NCBI GenBank assembly: GCA_021648145.1 | Contig: JAKITI010000007.1 | Location: 1,018-65,017, forward strand | Direction: 5' to 3' | From: Gammaproteobacteria bacterium | GTDB lineage: Bacteria; Pseudomonadota; Gammaproteobacteria; JAADGQ01 | DNA: 64,000 nt | Part shown: positions 39,601 through 50,200 of the stretch, one piece after another | Position numbering within the stretch: position 1 is the first letter of the stretch | Layout: every line of letters begins with the position of its first letter | Notes under the pieces: generated by a model | Told to the model about the DNA's origin: nothing | The model's input: the letters and a program-made list of their open reading frames with translations, nothing else | Database searches by the model: none | Program-made: the position numbers and the translations under genes

Positions 39601-40738
39601 AAGCCGCTGGTATGGTGGTTTAGGGATAGGCCTCTCTAATCTGGAGCCTGATTCGAACGGAACAGTTTACTCTGTTGAAGATAAGCGTAGTCAAGGCGGA
39701 CGTGCCTTTATTGGTTATGACCTGTTTAAACGCCTGAGTCTGGAAGGCTATTATTCTGATCTTGGGGAAGCCAAAATAGCTGGAGTAGGAGCGATTCCAG
39801 GGGGTGCGATTGAGTATCAGGATGTAGGTTTAAGTGCCTTATATTATCTATATAAGCAAAACCTGAATCATGAAGGTTTTGGCTTGTTCGGTAAAATGGG
39901 CGCGGGTCGGATGAGAAACCAGTCAGACTTACCATTTAATCGCCTTAAGGACTACCACCTGTTATGGGGAGGAGGCATTGAGTATGCGTTTAAAAATGGT
40001 TTGGCCTTACGGGGTGATTTTGACTTTTATGACAAGGATTCTCAATTCGTTACGGTGAGCTTGATGAAACGCTTTGGTGATCTCAAACCTGTTCCCGTTG
40101 TTGTACCATTACCGGAAATTAAAGATAGCGATGGTGATGGAGTTGTAGATGAAAAAGATAGATGCCCTGATACAGTTGTTGGTGCAGTCGTTGATATTCA
40201 CGGATGTGAGCTAGATACTGATAAAGATGGCGTTGTTGATCGCTTGGATCAATGCCCGAATACTCCGCAAGGAACTCCTGTTGATGCAGTCGGTTGTCCA
40301 TTAGATAGCGATGGTGATGGCGTAATTGATGCAAAAGATCGTTGCCCTGACACTCGTGCGGGAGCCAAAGTTGATGAGCATGGCTGTGAAATCAAAGAAG
40401 TTATTGTGCTTAAAGATGTACACTTTGATACGGATAAAGCAGTACTAACTGATGCAGCACTACACATTTTAAGTGAAGTAGAAGAGACATTGCGTCAGAA
40501 CCCTGAATTGAATGTCGATGTGATTGGGCATACCGATAGTCGTGGGGGTCACTCTTATAACCAAAATTTATCAATATTACGTGCAAAATCTGTACGTAAT
40601 CATCTGATTGCTGCGGGTATAGCGAGTGAGCGTTTATTCATCAAAGGTTTCAGTTTTGATAGACCAGATGCTGATAATTCAACCCCAGAAGGACGAGCAA
40701 AAAATCGCCGCGTTGAGTTAAATGTTGTGGATCAGTAA
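36695..40738 (+). CDS. large surface protein: FG-GAP/ASPIC-UnbV-like region, Asp-rich (TSP3-like) repeats, internal GlyGly-CTERM-like TM, second signal peptide, OmpA-like barrel and OmpA C-terminal domain
   Basis: Signal peptide ending VISHA; DxDxDGDxD blades; REINGGMGWGSQ..HFG; DSDNDG repeats; GVGGVGAMS+TM+RSK; WYGGLGIG..FVTVSLMKRFG barrel; FDTDKA, GHTDS, NRRVE. Confidence 0.85.
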   Translation: MYYFNKNKNKKAEFKPIKYISKLSLSLVIATSPVISHAVFEANPAGEISLAGAKNGGVAWSDYNNDSCLDILVNAGNVQLLQQDKADGICMGTFSIARTFGSPTDDLRSVVWGDFNNDGYTDFAVNKFNQLVIYKNVDGTAASFIDVLNEDPGNSEGLGWLDYDADGDLDLLVQNQEMGTYLYKNNGNDVFVYSSIHSANKLGDYLAVTDFDVDGDVDAYIRRDGRANNDAQIDLYVNDGTGTFSLNNTVNENSPNNNKGGAVFCDFDNDGDFDLARTEGGQQGIFEQINGEFSLKTETSFSGRYESIACEDVNNDGLVDLFLGGEVSTLYLNNGDFSFTIDNLNIAENGGVGKGSAFADYDRDGDMDLLINKNNAPTELWKNLKNDKNYLQVQLTTNNRDALGATVRLYNADTNEAVSGVREINGGMGWGSQAAPFAHFGGIDPESTYIVRVKFVGGETADHPVLPSKLCDYQLLSIDSDGSDNLRECTSDTDGDGIKDDVDLDDDNDGITDAIEGDGGVDTDKDGVPDSRDLDSDNDGLYDLTESGADLALVLDNDNDGRINGDVGANGLPDSVETAPESGVANYNNGQPVDTDGDEIPDFRDLDSDNDGIPDVTEAGAQNPDNNAFIGEGAPPVVNANGLAEGAGVTPLNTDRDNEVKEQAANVPDYRDLDSDNDGLYDLTESGADLALVMDDDSNGRIDGDVGMNGLPDSVETAPDSGMVNYNNGQPVDTDGDKLPDYRDLDSENDGIPDVREGGANDQDLDANDGRIYGFIDGNSDGLDDSIGNSPLPVPDTDGDGVSDYLDYDSDNDGLKDLVEGGGIDVDNNGLVDEMVDINTDGYDDQLAITPLTIPDTNGDTIPDFRDAKERVVDPPPVVANYSELETGLKGVGGVGAMSPVFPLLLIVSLFCLVMRSKSKLSGMKALSGSVFAVVLGSGTLWATPASAEAAELDMPDHQSSSQRVFEWQSRWYGGLGIGLSNLEPDSNGTVYSVEDKRSQGGRAFIGYDLFKRLSLEGYYSDLGEAKIAGVGAIPGGAIEYQDVGLSALYYLYKQNLNHEGFGLFGKMGAGRMRNQSDLPFNRLKDYHLLWGGGIEYAFKNGLALRGDFDFYDKDSQFVTVSLMKRFGDLKPVPVVVPLPEIKDSDGDGVVDEKDRCPDTVVGAVVDIHGCELDTDKDGVVDRLDQCPNTPQGTPVDAVGCPLDSDGDGVIDAKDRCPDTRAGAKVDEHGCEIKEVIVLKDVHFDTDKAVLTDAALHILSEVEETLRQNPELNVDVIGHTDSRGGHSYNQNLSILRAKSVRNHLIAAGIASERLFIKGFSFDRPDADNSTPEGRAKNRRVELNVVDQ
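38288..38956 (+). repeat. intragenic direct repeat (417-nt period)
   Basis: cgtgatttagacagtgacaatgatggtttgtatgacctgactgaatcaggagccgatctggc occurs at 38288 and 38705; similarity continues for about 250 nt. Confidence 0.9.
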
Positions 40739-40767
40739 TATCACTGAAAATGTGTAATTTTTGAAAT

Positions 40768-40809
40768 AAAAAAGCTTGGCCGCATATCATATGTAGTCAG
40801 GCTTTTTTT
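40768..40809 (+). terminator. Rho-independent terminator
   Basis: aaaaagcttggc...gtcaggctttttt hairpin plus T tract after the OmpA-domain gene. Confidence 0.7.
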
Positions 40810-40911
40810 ATATCGCACTCAGGTATTACTTACTATTTAACAGGCTACTATCAGTGCCTTATCCATAACGGGATACAAACCAATCTATTTTGGGAAAGAA
40901 GAGAGTGTGCT

Positions 40912-43911
40912 ATGTATAAAATGACGAAAATAATTCTTACTTTTTTATTGCTGTCCACCGCCGTGTCAGCAAATATCGTATTGGCAAAAGCTAGTCTTGT
41001 TATAGGCAGTATTGCAGCGAAGCCAGGTGATACGATCAATGTTCCAGTCCACCTCTCTCATGATGGTAGCGCTGTAGCACTACAATTTGACCTCTTATTT
41101 GATCCTTCTCAATTAACATCCATGTCTGCTTCGGTTGAGGGAAACTCAGGAAGTAGTCATACGATTCAATCATCACAAATACGCCCTGGAGTGCATCGTG
41201 TCCTGATTGCTGATACATCTAAAAACAATATTCTTGGCAACGGCATTGTGACCCAACTCTCTTTTAAGGTTCACAATAATGCCAATGTTAACAATAAATT
41301 GCTTGATTTAAGTGGTGTAATAATCAGTAATAATCAAGCTATGAAAGTTATGCCTGATCGCTTGCTTAGTGGAGCAATTACAATCGGTGATACCCCAGAT
41401 TCTAATTTGGAGCCTGAGTTAAATGAGGGCATAAACCTCAGTGAAAATGAACAAGCCACACAGGCTATTGCCCCCCAAATCAGCCCTGCTGGAGGCAGCT
41501 ATATCATACTTGATAAACCTTTGGTGACGTTGGGCAGTGCAATCCAGAGTGCAAATATATATTACACACTAGATGGCTCCACACCTACAACGGCCTCATC
41601 GCTCTACAATACCCCGTTGGCTATCAGTGAAAGTGTGACGTTAAAAGCGTTCACTGTCGCACCAGGCTACCGAGATAGCTTGGTGACCAGTGTCAGCTTT
41701 AGCATTACTGAAAGCGAGACCCAGTCAGGAGATTGGAGCAGTGATGCCATTCAACCTTCAAGTAACCCATTCTTCTGGAAGTATAAAGGCAATCAAGTCT
41801 TCTTGGTCGGGGCGTCTGATGATGATGCGCTTTTTAAGTGGGATCACAGTGATATGGTGGCTCACCTGAATTTACTTCAAGCTACAGGGGGTAATTTCAT
41901 TCGTAATGTTTTGAATTATGCTGAAAATAATGTCGATGGACGTGATAGCGGTGCGAATAATATACAGCCGCATGGCTCATCCAATGGCGTGTTTGACCTC
42001 AATACCTTCAACCCATCTTACTTTAATAGATTAGAAACATTTCTATATGAAGCTCAGCAGAGGGATATTATTGTTCAGGTGACATTATGGGAAGGCTTTG
42101 ATTTTATTAATAAAGAGGCCTCATACAGCCTCAAGTATCACGATTTATCATGGAATCCAGCGAACAATATCAACTATACCTCTGCCGCCAGTGGTATGGC
42201 TGAAGTAAATGAATCTTACTTTCCCTTCCAGTCTGAATTTCCTAATAAAATTAAATTTTTTAACAGTATTCCAAGCGTAGATAACAATACGATGTTACTG
42301 GGATATCAGAAGCTGTTTGTCGAAAAGGTTCTGGAAAGCACGTTAAAATTTAATAACGTCACCTACAATGTTCACAATGAGCGTCACAATCCAATCCCTA
42401 AAGCCTGGGCTGACTATTGGGTGGGGTTTGTTAAATCTTATGCTTCATCTCAAGGTAAAACGATTTATATCGCGGACATGGGGGATAAGTACTATGCGAA
42501 CCACCCAACACAGAAAGAAATTTTAGACACGGAGGTGAACGGACTTTATGAGATTTCTCAAATCGCACACCTTGGAGGACAGCTTCAGTATGACCAAACT
42601 CTCTATGCTCGTAATAGACTGATTGAAAATAATAACCGCAAGCCGATCAATGCTGAAAAAATATACGTATCGTCCAGTGCCAGTACATCCCCTGGCCAAC
42701 ATGATGATGAAGATAAATTATGGCGATTTGTCTTTGGCGGAGCAGCGGCGGTTCGTTTTCACCGGCAAACCGATAAGCCCCATGGTTTTGGTTTAACCTA
42801 CATTCCACCCTCAGAATCAGTACCGACCGCGCAGCCTCAAATTAAAAGTATGAGGATGTTTGTTTCCGATATTGATATTTTCAGCATGCAACCCAACAAT
42901 GCCAAACTCAGCGGGCGGGCGACGAACGAAGCATATTTGCTGGAGAATGATTCAGCTCAGTATGCGATCTATTTTACCGGTGTATCAGATCAATCCATCC
43001 AGTTAAACCTTGGCGGGGAATCCGGGGATTTTACAGTTGATTTGCTGGATGTGAGAAATTCTCAGTGGATACGTGGTTATACAACGGTTCAAGGGGGCGG
43101 GTATGTCACTCTTGCCACACCTGACAACAGTCAATATGTCATCGTAATTAAAGGGGCTTACACAGAGGAAACATCACTGTCAGGCAATGGATCTTTGCTT
43201 GCCGGTTACACCTTTAATGAAGGCTCCGGTAACATGATTCGAGATGTATCCGGCAATGGTAGTACTCCCCTGAATCTAAATATTGAAAACGAAGCACTTG
43301 TGCAGTGGGTTGATGGTGGGTTATTTACGCACCCCGGTGCCCGTATCAGAAGTGTTGGTGCGGCCTCAAAAATCAGCAGTGCGATTATGGCTAGCCAGGA
43401 ATTTACCGTGGAAGCATGGATCACACCTGCAACCACTGAGCAAAGTGGCCCGGCTCGCATCGTCAGTATTTCAAAGGATCAGAGTGCCCGTAACCTGACT
43501 CTGGGTCAGGACAATGATCGTTATATAATGCGGGTACGCCGTAACAAGAGCGACCTCAATGGGGCCAACACTCCGGTCACCACTGAAAGCGTCATTGATC
43601 CGAATGCTCTGGCAGTGCAGCATGTCGTATTTACCCAGGCGGAAGATGGAGAGGGTCGGCTCTATGTCAATGGCACCCTGCAGAGTTCTCTGAACTCAGG
43701 TGAAATTGATTTCACGCAATGGAATCTTGATTACTCACTGGTATTAGCCAATGAAATTGACAATGAAGAAGATGTCAGGCTCTGGAGCGGAACATTCCAT
43801 CGCATCGCCATTTACGACTATGCTCTGGATACGGCTCAGGTTACGCAGAACTACCTCGGTGGTGCAGAAAGCGAAGACGGTTTTGGGTCTTACGGGAATG
43901 CAAAAAAATAG
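40912..43911 (+). CDS. secreted multidomain protein: cohesin-like, FN3-associated/chitobiase C-terminal-like, GH5-like TIM barrel, beta-sandwich and LamG/ConA domains
   Basis: Signal peptide; AKPGDTINVPV..ALQFDLLFDP (cohesin-like); IYYTLDGSTPT; YNVHNE and INAEK (putative Glu pair); FTVEAWI..GPARIVS..HVVFT..LYVNG (LamG). Confidence 0.7.
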   Translation: MYKMTKIILTFLLLSTAVSANIVLAKASLVIGSIAAKPGDTINVPVHLSHDGSAVALQFDLLFDPSQLTSMSASVEGNSGSSHTIQSSQIRPGVHRVLIADTSKNNILGNGIVTQLSFKVHNNANVNNKLLDLSGVIISNNQAMKVMPDRLLSGAITIGDTPDSNLEPELNEGINLSENEQATQAIAPQISPAGGSYIILDKPLVTLGSAIQSANIYYTLDGSTPTTASSLYNTPLAISESVTLKAFTVAPGYRDSLVTSVSFSITESETQSGDWSSDAIQPSSNPFFWKYKGNQVFLVGASDDDALFKWDHSDMVAHLNLLQATGGNFIRNVLNYAENNVDGRDSGANNIQPHGSSNGVFDLNTFNPSYFNRLETFLYEAQQRDIIVQVTLWEGFDFINKEASYSLKYHDLSWNPANNINYTSAASGMAEVNESYFPFQSEFPNKIKFFNSIPSVDNNTMLLGYQKLFVEKVLESTLKFNNVTYNVHNERHNPIPKAWADYWVGFVKSYASSQGKTIYIADMGDKYYANHPTQKEILDTEVNGLYEISQIAHLGGQLQYDQTLYARNRLIENNNRKPINAEKIYVSSSASTSPGQHDDEDKLWRFVFGGAAAVRFHRQTDKPHGFGLTYIPPSESVPTAQPQIKSMRMFVSDIDIFSMQPNNAKLSGRATNEAYLLENDSAQYAIYFTGVSDQSIQLNLGGESGDFTVDLLDVRNSQWIRGYTTVQGGGYVTLATPDNSQYVIVIKGAYTEETSLSGNGSLLAGYTFNEGSGNMIRDVSGNGSTPLNLNIENEALVQWVDGGLFTHPGARIRSVGAASKISSAIMASQEFTVEAWITPATTEQSGPARIVSISKDQSARNLTLGQDNDRYIMRVRRNKSDLNGANTPVTTESVIDPNALAVQHVVFTQAEDGEGRLYVNGTLQSSLNSGEIDFTQWNLDYSLVLANEIDNEEDVRLWSGTFHRIAIYDYALDTAQVTQNYLGGAESEDGFGSYGNAKK

Positions 43912-43923
43912 CCTATGGAATCA

Positions 43924-44202
43924 AAAAAGGGGTCAGTACCCTTTGGTAATAAAAAGAGAAAATCGGCTCGCCCCTGATGTCCGCCTACCGTTTGAATAAA
44001 GCTTTAAAGAAATGGCAGGTGAAAAGCTCATCGATGAAATACGAGTATCAGTACAAACTGGCGCACCTATGGGGAGCGAGCGATTCAAGAATGAAATTGA
44101 AAAACTACTCGGCATAAAAGTAGGCCAATCAAGACGGGGCGACCAATCAAGATTGACGAATAAAAGGGCTATAGATCATTTAAAGGGTACTGACCTCTTT
44201 TT
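43924..44202. mobile_element. miniature element with a remnant of a REP-associated (IS200-like) tyrosine transposase, bounded by 21-bp inverted repeats
   Basis: IRL aaaaaggggtcagtacccttt (43924-43944) and IRR aaagggtactgacctcttttt (44182-44202), one mismatch. Internal fragment LIDEIRVSVQTGAPMGSERFKNEIE..RRG resembles RAYT C-termini. Confidence 0.7.
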
Positions 44203-44279
44203 CCTTTGAACTTTGTTCTCTTAAGAGTACTCTATACTATCTCTTAATCCATCTTTAATTTTATTCATCATCAGTTTTT

Positions 44280-47200
44280 ATGCAGTCCGTAATAAAACGA
44301 CATACCACCAAAAAAATTACAGTCCAAGCAATACGTTTTGTATGGTCTATCTTTTTTTTGGTGACTCTGTTTTTCATAGGATCAGCCAGCGCTGGTCATG
44401 CCATTATTAAACTCACTGCTTCGGAAGGCGCATCGGGTGATCGACTGGGTGCCAGTGTTGCACTGTCTGGTGACACTGCTTTGGTGGGCGCTGATGGAAC
44501 GGATACGGGAACAGTTTACGTCTATACTCGTGCTACTGATGAACTCTGGCAAGAGCAAAGAAAACTAACAGCAAATGATGCGAGTACTAATGACTCTTTT
44601 GGTTATGCGCTGGCCTTCTCGGATGATACTGCTCTAATTGGGGCGATTGGTGGTGATGATAAGGGGCTTGAGTCTGGTTCAGTCTATATTTTTCAAAAAA
44701 ATGCTACAGGGATATGGTCTCAGAGAGATAAGCTGTTAGCGAGCGATGGGCTGGCGGGTGATTATTTTGGAATCAGTATCGCTCTGAATGGCAATACTGC
44801 ACTGATTGGAGCATCGGGTAAAAAAGACGGTGGTGCTGTTTATGTTTATGTGCGTAATAGTTCAGGCGGTTGGACAGAGCAAGCCCAATTAAAGGGCGAC
44901 GACAGTCGAGGGAGTGATAACTTTGGTCGCGCTATTTCACTGTATGGAGATACCGCCATTATTGGTGCAACAGGGCGTGATGATCAAGGCTCTGAATCGG
45001 GTGCAGTTTATATCTTTACCCGAAATGGCTTGGGCGAGTGGGCTCAGCAAGATAAGTTGCTTGCTAATGATGGACAAAATGGTGATGCATTTGGTAGCAG
45101 TCTTTCACTGAATGGGAATACTGCACTCATTGGTGCCGCGGGTGCGGACTCTACCAATGGTGCCGCTTACCTATTTATTCGCAACAATCAGAGTCAATGG
45201 ATTCAGCAAAGTAAGTTATTTGCTTCAGATGCGGCATCAAACTCCTATTTTGGACACAGTGTCTCATTGGAAAGTGGCGTTGCACTGATTGGCGCTTATG
45301 GTCAAGGTGCTTCAGCGGCTTACCTGTTTACAATGACTCCAACCGGAAATTGGGTCGAGCAAGCGAAAGAAGAGAGTGTCAGGCGCTCGGATGCATTTGG
45401 AACCAGTGTGGTGCTTGATAATGGTAATGCACTGATTGGAACCGTCGAGACAGGTGGGAAAAATCAGCCAGCAGGAAATGGTTCCGCCTCTCTAATTTTG
45501 GGTATTGCAAAAGATAGTGATTCAGATGGAGTCGTTAATATTGAGGATACATGCCCAAATATTTCTAACCCGGATCAGCTTGATACCGATGGCGATGCGC
45601 AGGGTGATGTGTGTGACCCCGATGATGATAATGACAAGGTGCTTGATAGTCAGGATAGATTCCCGCTTGATGCAGCAGAGTGGGCTGACTCAGATAATGA
45701 CGGAATAGGTAATAATAGTGACCCTGACCTTGATAACGATGGTTTACCAAACACAGTTGAAAGTCAGTATGGTTTGAAAGTTGATGATGCCAGTGATGCT
45801 CTCGGGGATATTGATCGTGATGGCTATAATAATATTGATGAATTTCGGGCAGGCACATCACTGACGAATGCTTCAGAAAATCCAGGCTCTGTTTTAGCGT
45901 TGCACTATAAAATATTGGCCAGTGATGGGCGTGCAGATGATTATTTTGGTGCGCAAGTCGCACTATCAGGTGATACCGCATTAGTGAGTGCAAGTTGGAA
46001 TTACGAGGACATTCCAGGCGCAGGAACCGTTTACGTCTATGTGAGAAACAGTTCTGGAAAATGGCTGCAACAGGCTCGATTAAAACCAGAAAGTTTGATT
46101 GAATATGAGCAATTTGGGAGTGCGCTGTCATTTGATGGTAATACTGCATTAATTGGTGCGGTCTCTGATGTAAGTCATCGTTCTGGCTCCGTCTATATCT
46201 TCGTGCGAAACAGCTCTGGCGAATGGAGTCAGCAAGCAAGGTTATTAGCGGAAGAAGGGTCGCTTGACCGATACTTTGGTCATAGCGTCTCTTTGGATGG
46301 TGACACCGCACTCATCGGCTCGCTCGGATCCGATGCTGCTTATCTGTTTACACGGGACTCTGCTAATCGCTGGGCACTGGGGGAAAAATTTGTGGCTGAT
46401 CCGCCTGTCGCAGGGAGTCAGTTTGGAATAAGTGTCGCACTCTCAAATGATACGGCACTTGTGGGTGCAGCAGCGATTAATTCAGCTTACCTGTTTAAGC
46501 GCAATCAAAACTCTTGGCGACAACAACAAAAATTGACCACACAAGAGAGTGATAACGATAACTTCTTTGGTGGCAGTGTTGCACTTGAGGGGGATGTCGC
46601 ACTGATTGGTGCATATCGGGATGATAGCAGTGGTGTGAATGCTGGCGCAGCTTATCTATTTGTTAGATCGGTGGCAGAGCCGTGGGTGCAACAGGAAAAA
46701 TTGATGGCAATGGATGGTATGAGCAACGATCAATTCGGGGGGCATGTTGCACTCGCTAATGGTATCGCTGTGGTGGGTGCTATCGGTGATGGTGATTCCG
46801 GTTCATCTTATTTATTTATCAGGGATGCCTCGAATCAATGGAGTAAACAAGGAAAAATATTAGCGCAAGATGGGATTGAAAATGATTGGTATGGATACCG
46901 TGTGGCCGTTTCAAGTGAGCGAGTGCTCATTGGCGCACCAAAAGTGAATGATCAGGGTGAAAATTCTGGTGCGGTTTATATATTTGATCAGGTAAATCGT
47001 GATAGTGATGCGGATGGTTTGCTTGATATTGCAGATAATTGCCCTGATGTACAATCGCAAAACCAAAGAGATAGTGATGGCGATGGGCAAGGTGATGCCT
47101 GCGATACGGATGATGATAACGATGGTGTGCTTGATGATAAAGACCCTTTTCCCAAAGATGCTTCAGAGAGTGTTGATGAAGACAAGGATGGCGTAGGCGA

Positions 47201-50200
47201 TAATGCAGATCCTGACCTGGATAATGATGGATTGCCTGACTTGGTTGAAGATCGTTATAACCTGAATGAGAATGATCGCAGTGATGCAGATGATGATCTG
47301 GATAAAGATGGTTACAGTAATTTGGTCGAATTTAGAGCTGGAACCAAGCTTGATGATAAAGAGAGTCGCCCAAGTCAACTCACCGCTCTACATTACAAAT
47401 TATTAGCTAAAGATGGTGCCGCAAATGATCGCTTTGGTTTCAGTGTTGCTTTTAATGGCAATACCGCTCTAATTGGAGCTATTGGAGACAATAATAATAG
47501 TGGCGCTGCTTATGTCTATGTGCGTAATTCAGAAGGTGAGTGGGTCTGGCAAGCTAAGTTAGAGGCTGAAAATGGTGAGCCAGAAAGTTATTTTGGTACT
47601 AGCGTTTCATTATCGGGTGATATTGCAATGGTCAGTGCACACGCCGAAACGGTGGGTGGGCGTGAAAATGTTGGAGCTGTTTATGTATTTATTCGTAACG
47701 AATCAGGCCAATGGACACAGGAAGAAAAAATAATCACAGATGACCGCGTGGCGGGTGGCTATTTTGGTATCAGTGTATCGCAGGAAAATAATATAGCATT
47801 TATTGGTGCGCATGGGGCCAGTGCAGTTTATGTTTTTGAACGAAATGGTGCGGGACGCTGGCTGCAAAAAGAAAAAATTTTTAAAAAAGGTGCTTCCATA
47901 GAAGACTTTTTTGGGTTTAGTCTGTCGCATTCGAAAGAGACGGTACTTATTGGCGCTAAAGGTGAAGGTCGTGTTTACATTTATAAAAAAAATATTGCTG
48001 GAAAATGGTTGCAAAATGCAGCGTTGCAAGCCAGTGATGCGAGTGATGAAAATTTTGGTTACAGCCTCTCGCTTTCAGAAAACACAGTATTAATTGGTGC
48101 ATATAAACTTAATGGTAACGGAAGCAGTTATGTTTTTGTGCGCAGTGTGGATGATCAATGGACTCAGCAAGCCAGACTGATATCAGAAAAGCCTTCGGGA
48201 AGTGACGGGTTTGGAGCAAGTGTCTCGCTACTTGGCAACGTCGCATTGATTGGAGCCGTTTCGGAGAATGCAGCTTATCTTTTTTACCGTGACACTTCAG
48301 GTGATTGGAAAAAACAAACTCGGTTAGTCGCTGTGGATGGCGGTACTGGTTTTTTTGCTCAAAGCCTGTTTATTGATGAAGGCACTGCGGTGATCAGTCG
48401 CATAGGTGATGACGATAATGCAATTGATGCCGGAGCTGTTTATATATTCAGTGGAATGACAACGGACAGTGATGGTGATGGCCTGCTTGATGTTGCAGAT
48501 AACTGTCTTGATATGGTTAATGTTGACCAGACCAACACAGATAACGACGGGCTTGGTAACTTATGTGATGAAGATGATGATAATGACGGCATACTGGATG
48601 TAGATGATTACTTTCCTTTTGATGCATTAGAATCTGCAGATTATGACGGTGATAAAATAGGAGACAATGCTGACCCAGATGCAGATAACGATGGCCTTCC
48701 TGATCTTCTGGAGGAGTATTACAAAGAGCTTGATCCTTTGGATAGTAGTGATGCAAACAAAGATCTGGATGGGGATGGGTACAGTAACCTAGAGGAGTAT
48801 CGTGCAGGAACATCATTAAGTGATGAGGATATTACACCTAAAATGGTCAGTGCTCTTCACTATAAGATCGTGAGCGATGATGGTACAAAAAATAGCTTGT
48901 TTGGCCGGAGTGTTTCACTTGATGGTGATACTGCTCTGATTGGTGCTTCGAGTGACAATAATACAACCGGTGCGGCTTATGTCTATATTAAAAGCGGAGG
49001 GCGCTGGATATTGCAAGCAAAACTGACTGCCAGCGACAAAGCTGAGCGCAGCTTTTTTGGTAGTCGCGTCTCTTTGTCAGGAAATACCGCATTGATTGGA
49101 GCTTATGGAAGTCAAGTTGAGGGCGTTCGTTCAGGGGCGGCTTATGTTTTTATTAGAGATGGCAATGGAAATTGGAAACAGCAGGCTAAATTAAAATCGT
49201 CAGTTGAAATGGAAAATAACCGCTTTGGTTTAAGTGTCGCATTGTCGGGTAACACTGCCTTGGTTGGTGAATACAATCAAAATGAAAAAGTGACTGGTGC
49301 GGCTTATATTTTTGTTAGAGATAAACAGTCACGCTGGACGGAGCAAGCCAAATTACTTGCGAGTAATGGAAAAACAAGTGATTTCTTTGGGTCATCTATA
49401 GCACTCTCCAGTGCCGGTGATACTGCAGTCATTGGCGCTCATCAAGTCAATGAATCATCTGGTATATATGATAGCGGTGCTGTTTACATCTTTCAACGCA
49501 ATGGCACGGGGAAATGGGAACAACAAGCACAGCTGGTATCCGTTGATAAAGTAAAGAAAGGCTTTTTTGGATACAGTGTTTCTATATATGGAAACCTGTT
49601 GCTGGTTGGTGCCTATGGTGAAGTTTTAAGCCGAGGAGCCGCTTATCTGTTTGAGCGTGATTCAAATAGTACATGGAAGCAGATCAAAAGATTTTCTTAT
49701 GAAGCTCAAGAGGCGCGGGATTATTTTGGGCGAAGCGTATCATTAAGCGATGGTATTGCTTTGATTGGTGCAAACGGGCGCGGTCCTGGCAGCAGCTTTC
49801 TCTATATGAGAGATAAAAAAAATCGGTGGAACTATGCTGGGCAAGCGAGGCCTGCTGATGGGCAGAGTGAAGACGCTTTCGGAGTGAGTGTTTCACTATC
49901 TGGCGATGCTGCATTAGTGGGATCATATAAAGATAATGATAACGGTGAAGATTCAGGGTCGGCTTATATTTTTAAAAGTCTTTTGGATGATGATGACGGT
50001 GATGGTATATTAAATATTGCTGATAATTGTCCCGCAATCAGAAATGAAAATCAGCAAGACAGCAATGAAAATGGACTTGGGGATGTCTGTGATCCTGATA
50101 GTAAAAAAGCAAAAGCATCAAGATTTGTAACAGCCGATGGCGGTGGAGCTGTATCAATACTATTTATATTTATTTTACTCATTGCTGGACGTGTACGTTT

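Noticed and set aside
44012..44209. 65-aa ORF as a functional gene
   Set aside because: Only a C-terminal transposase-like fragment without HUH/Tyr catalytic motifs; treated as part of the miniature element.
45565..46311. 248-aa antisense ORF
   Set aside because: Shadow of the Asp/Gly-rich adhesin frame; no recognisable motifs.
44400..50100. Periodic sequence that might suggest a CRISPR array
   Set aside because: Repeats are degenerate, codon-phased FG-GAP protein repeats in one ORF; no identical repeats with unique spacers and no cas genes.
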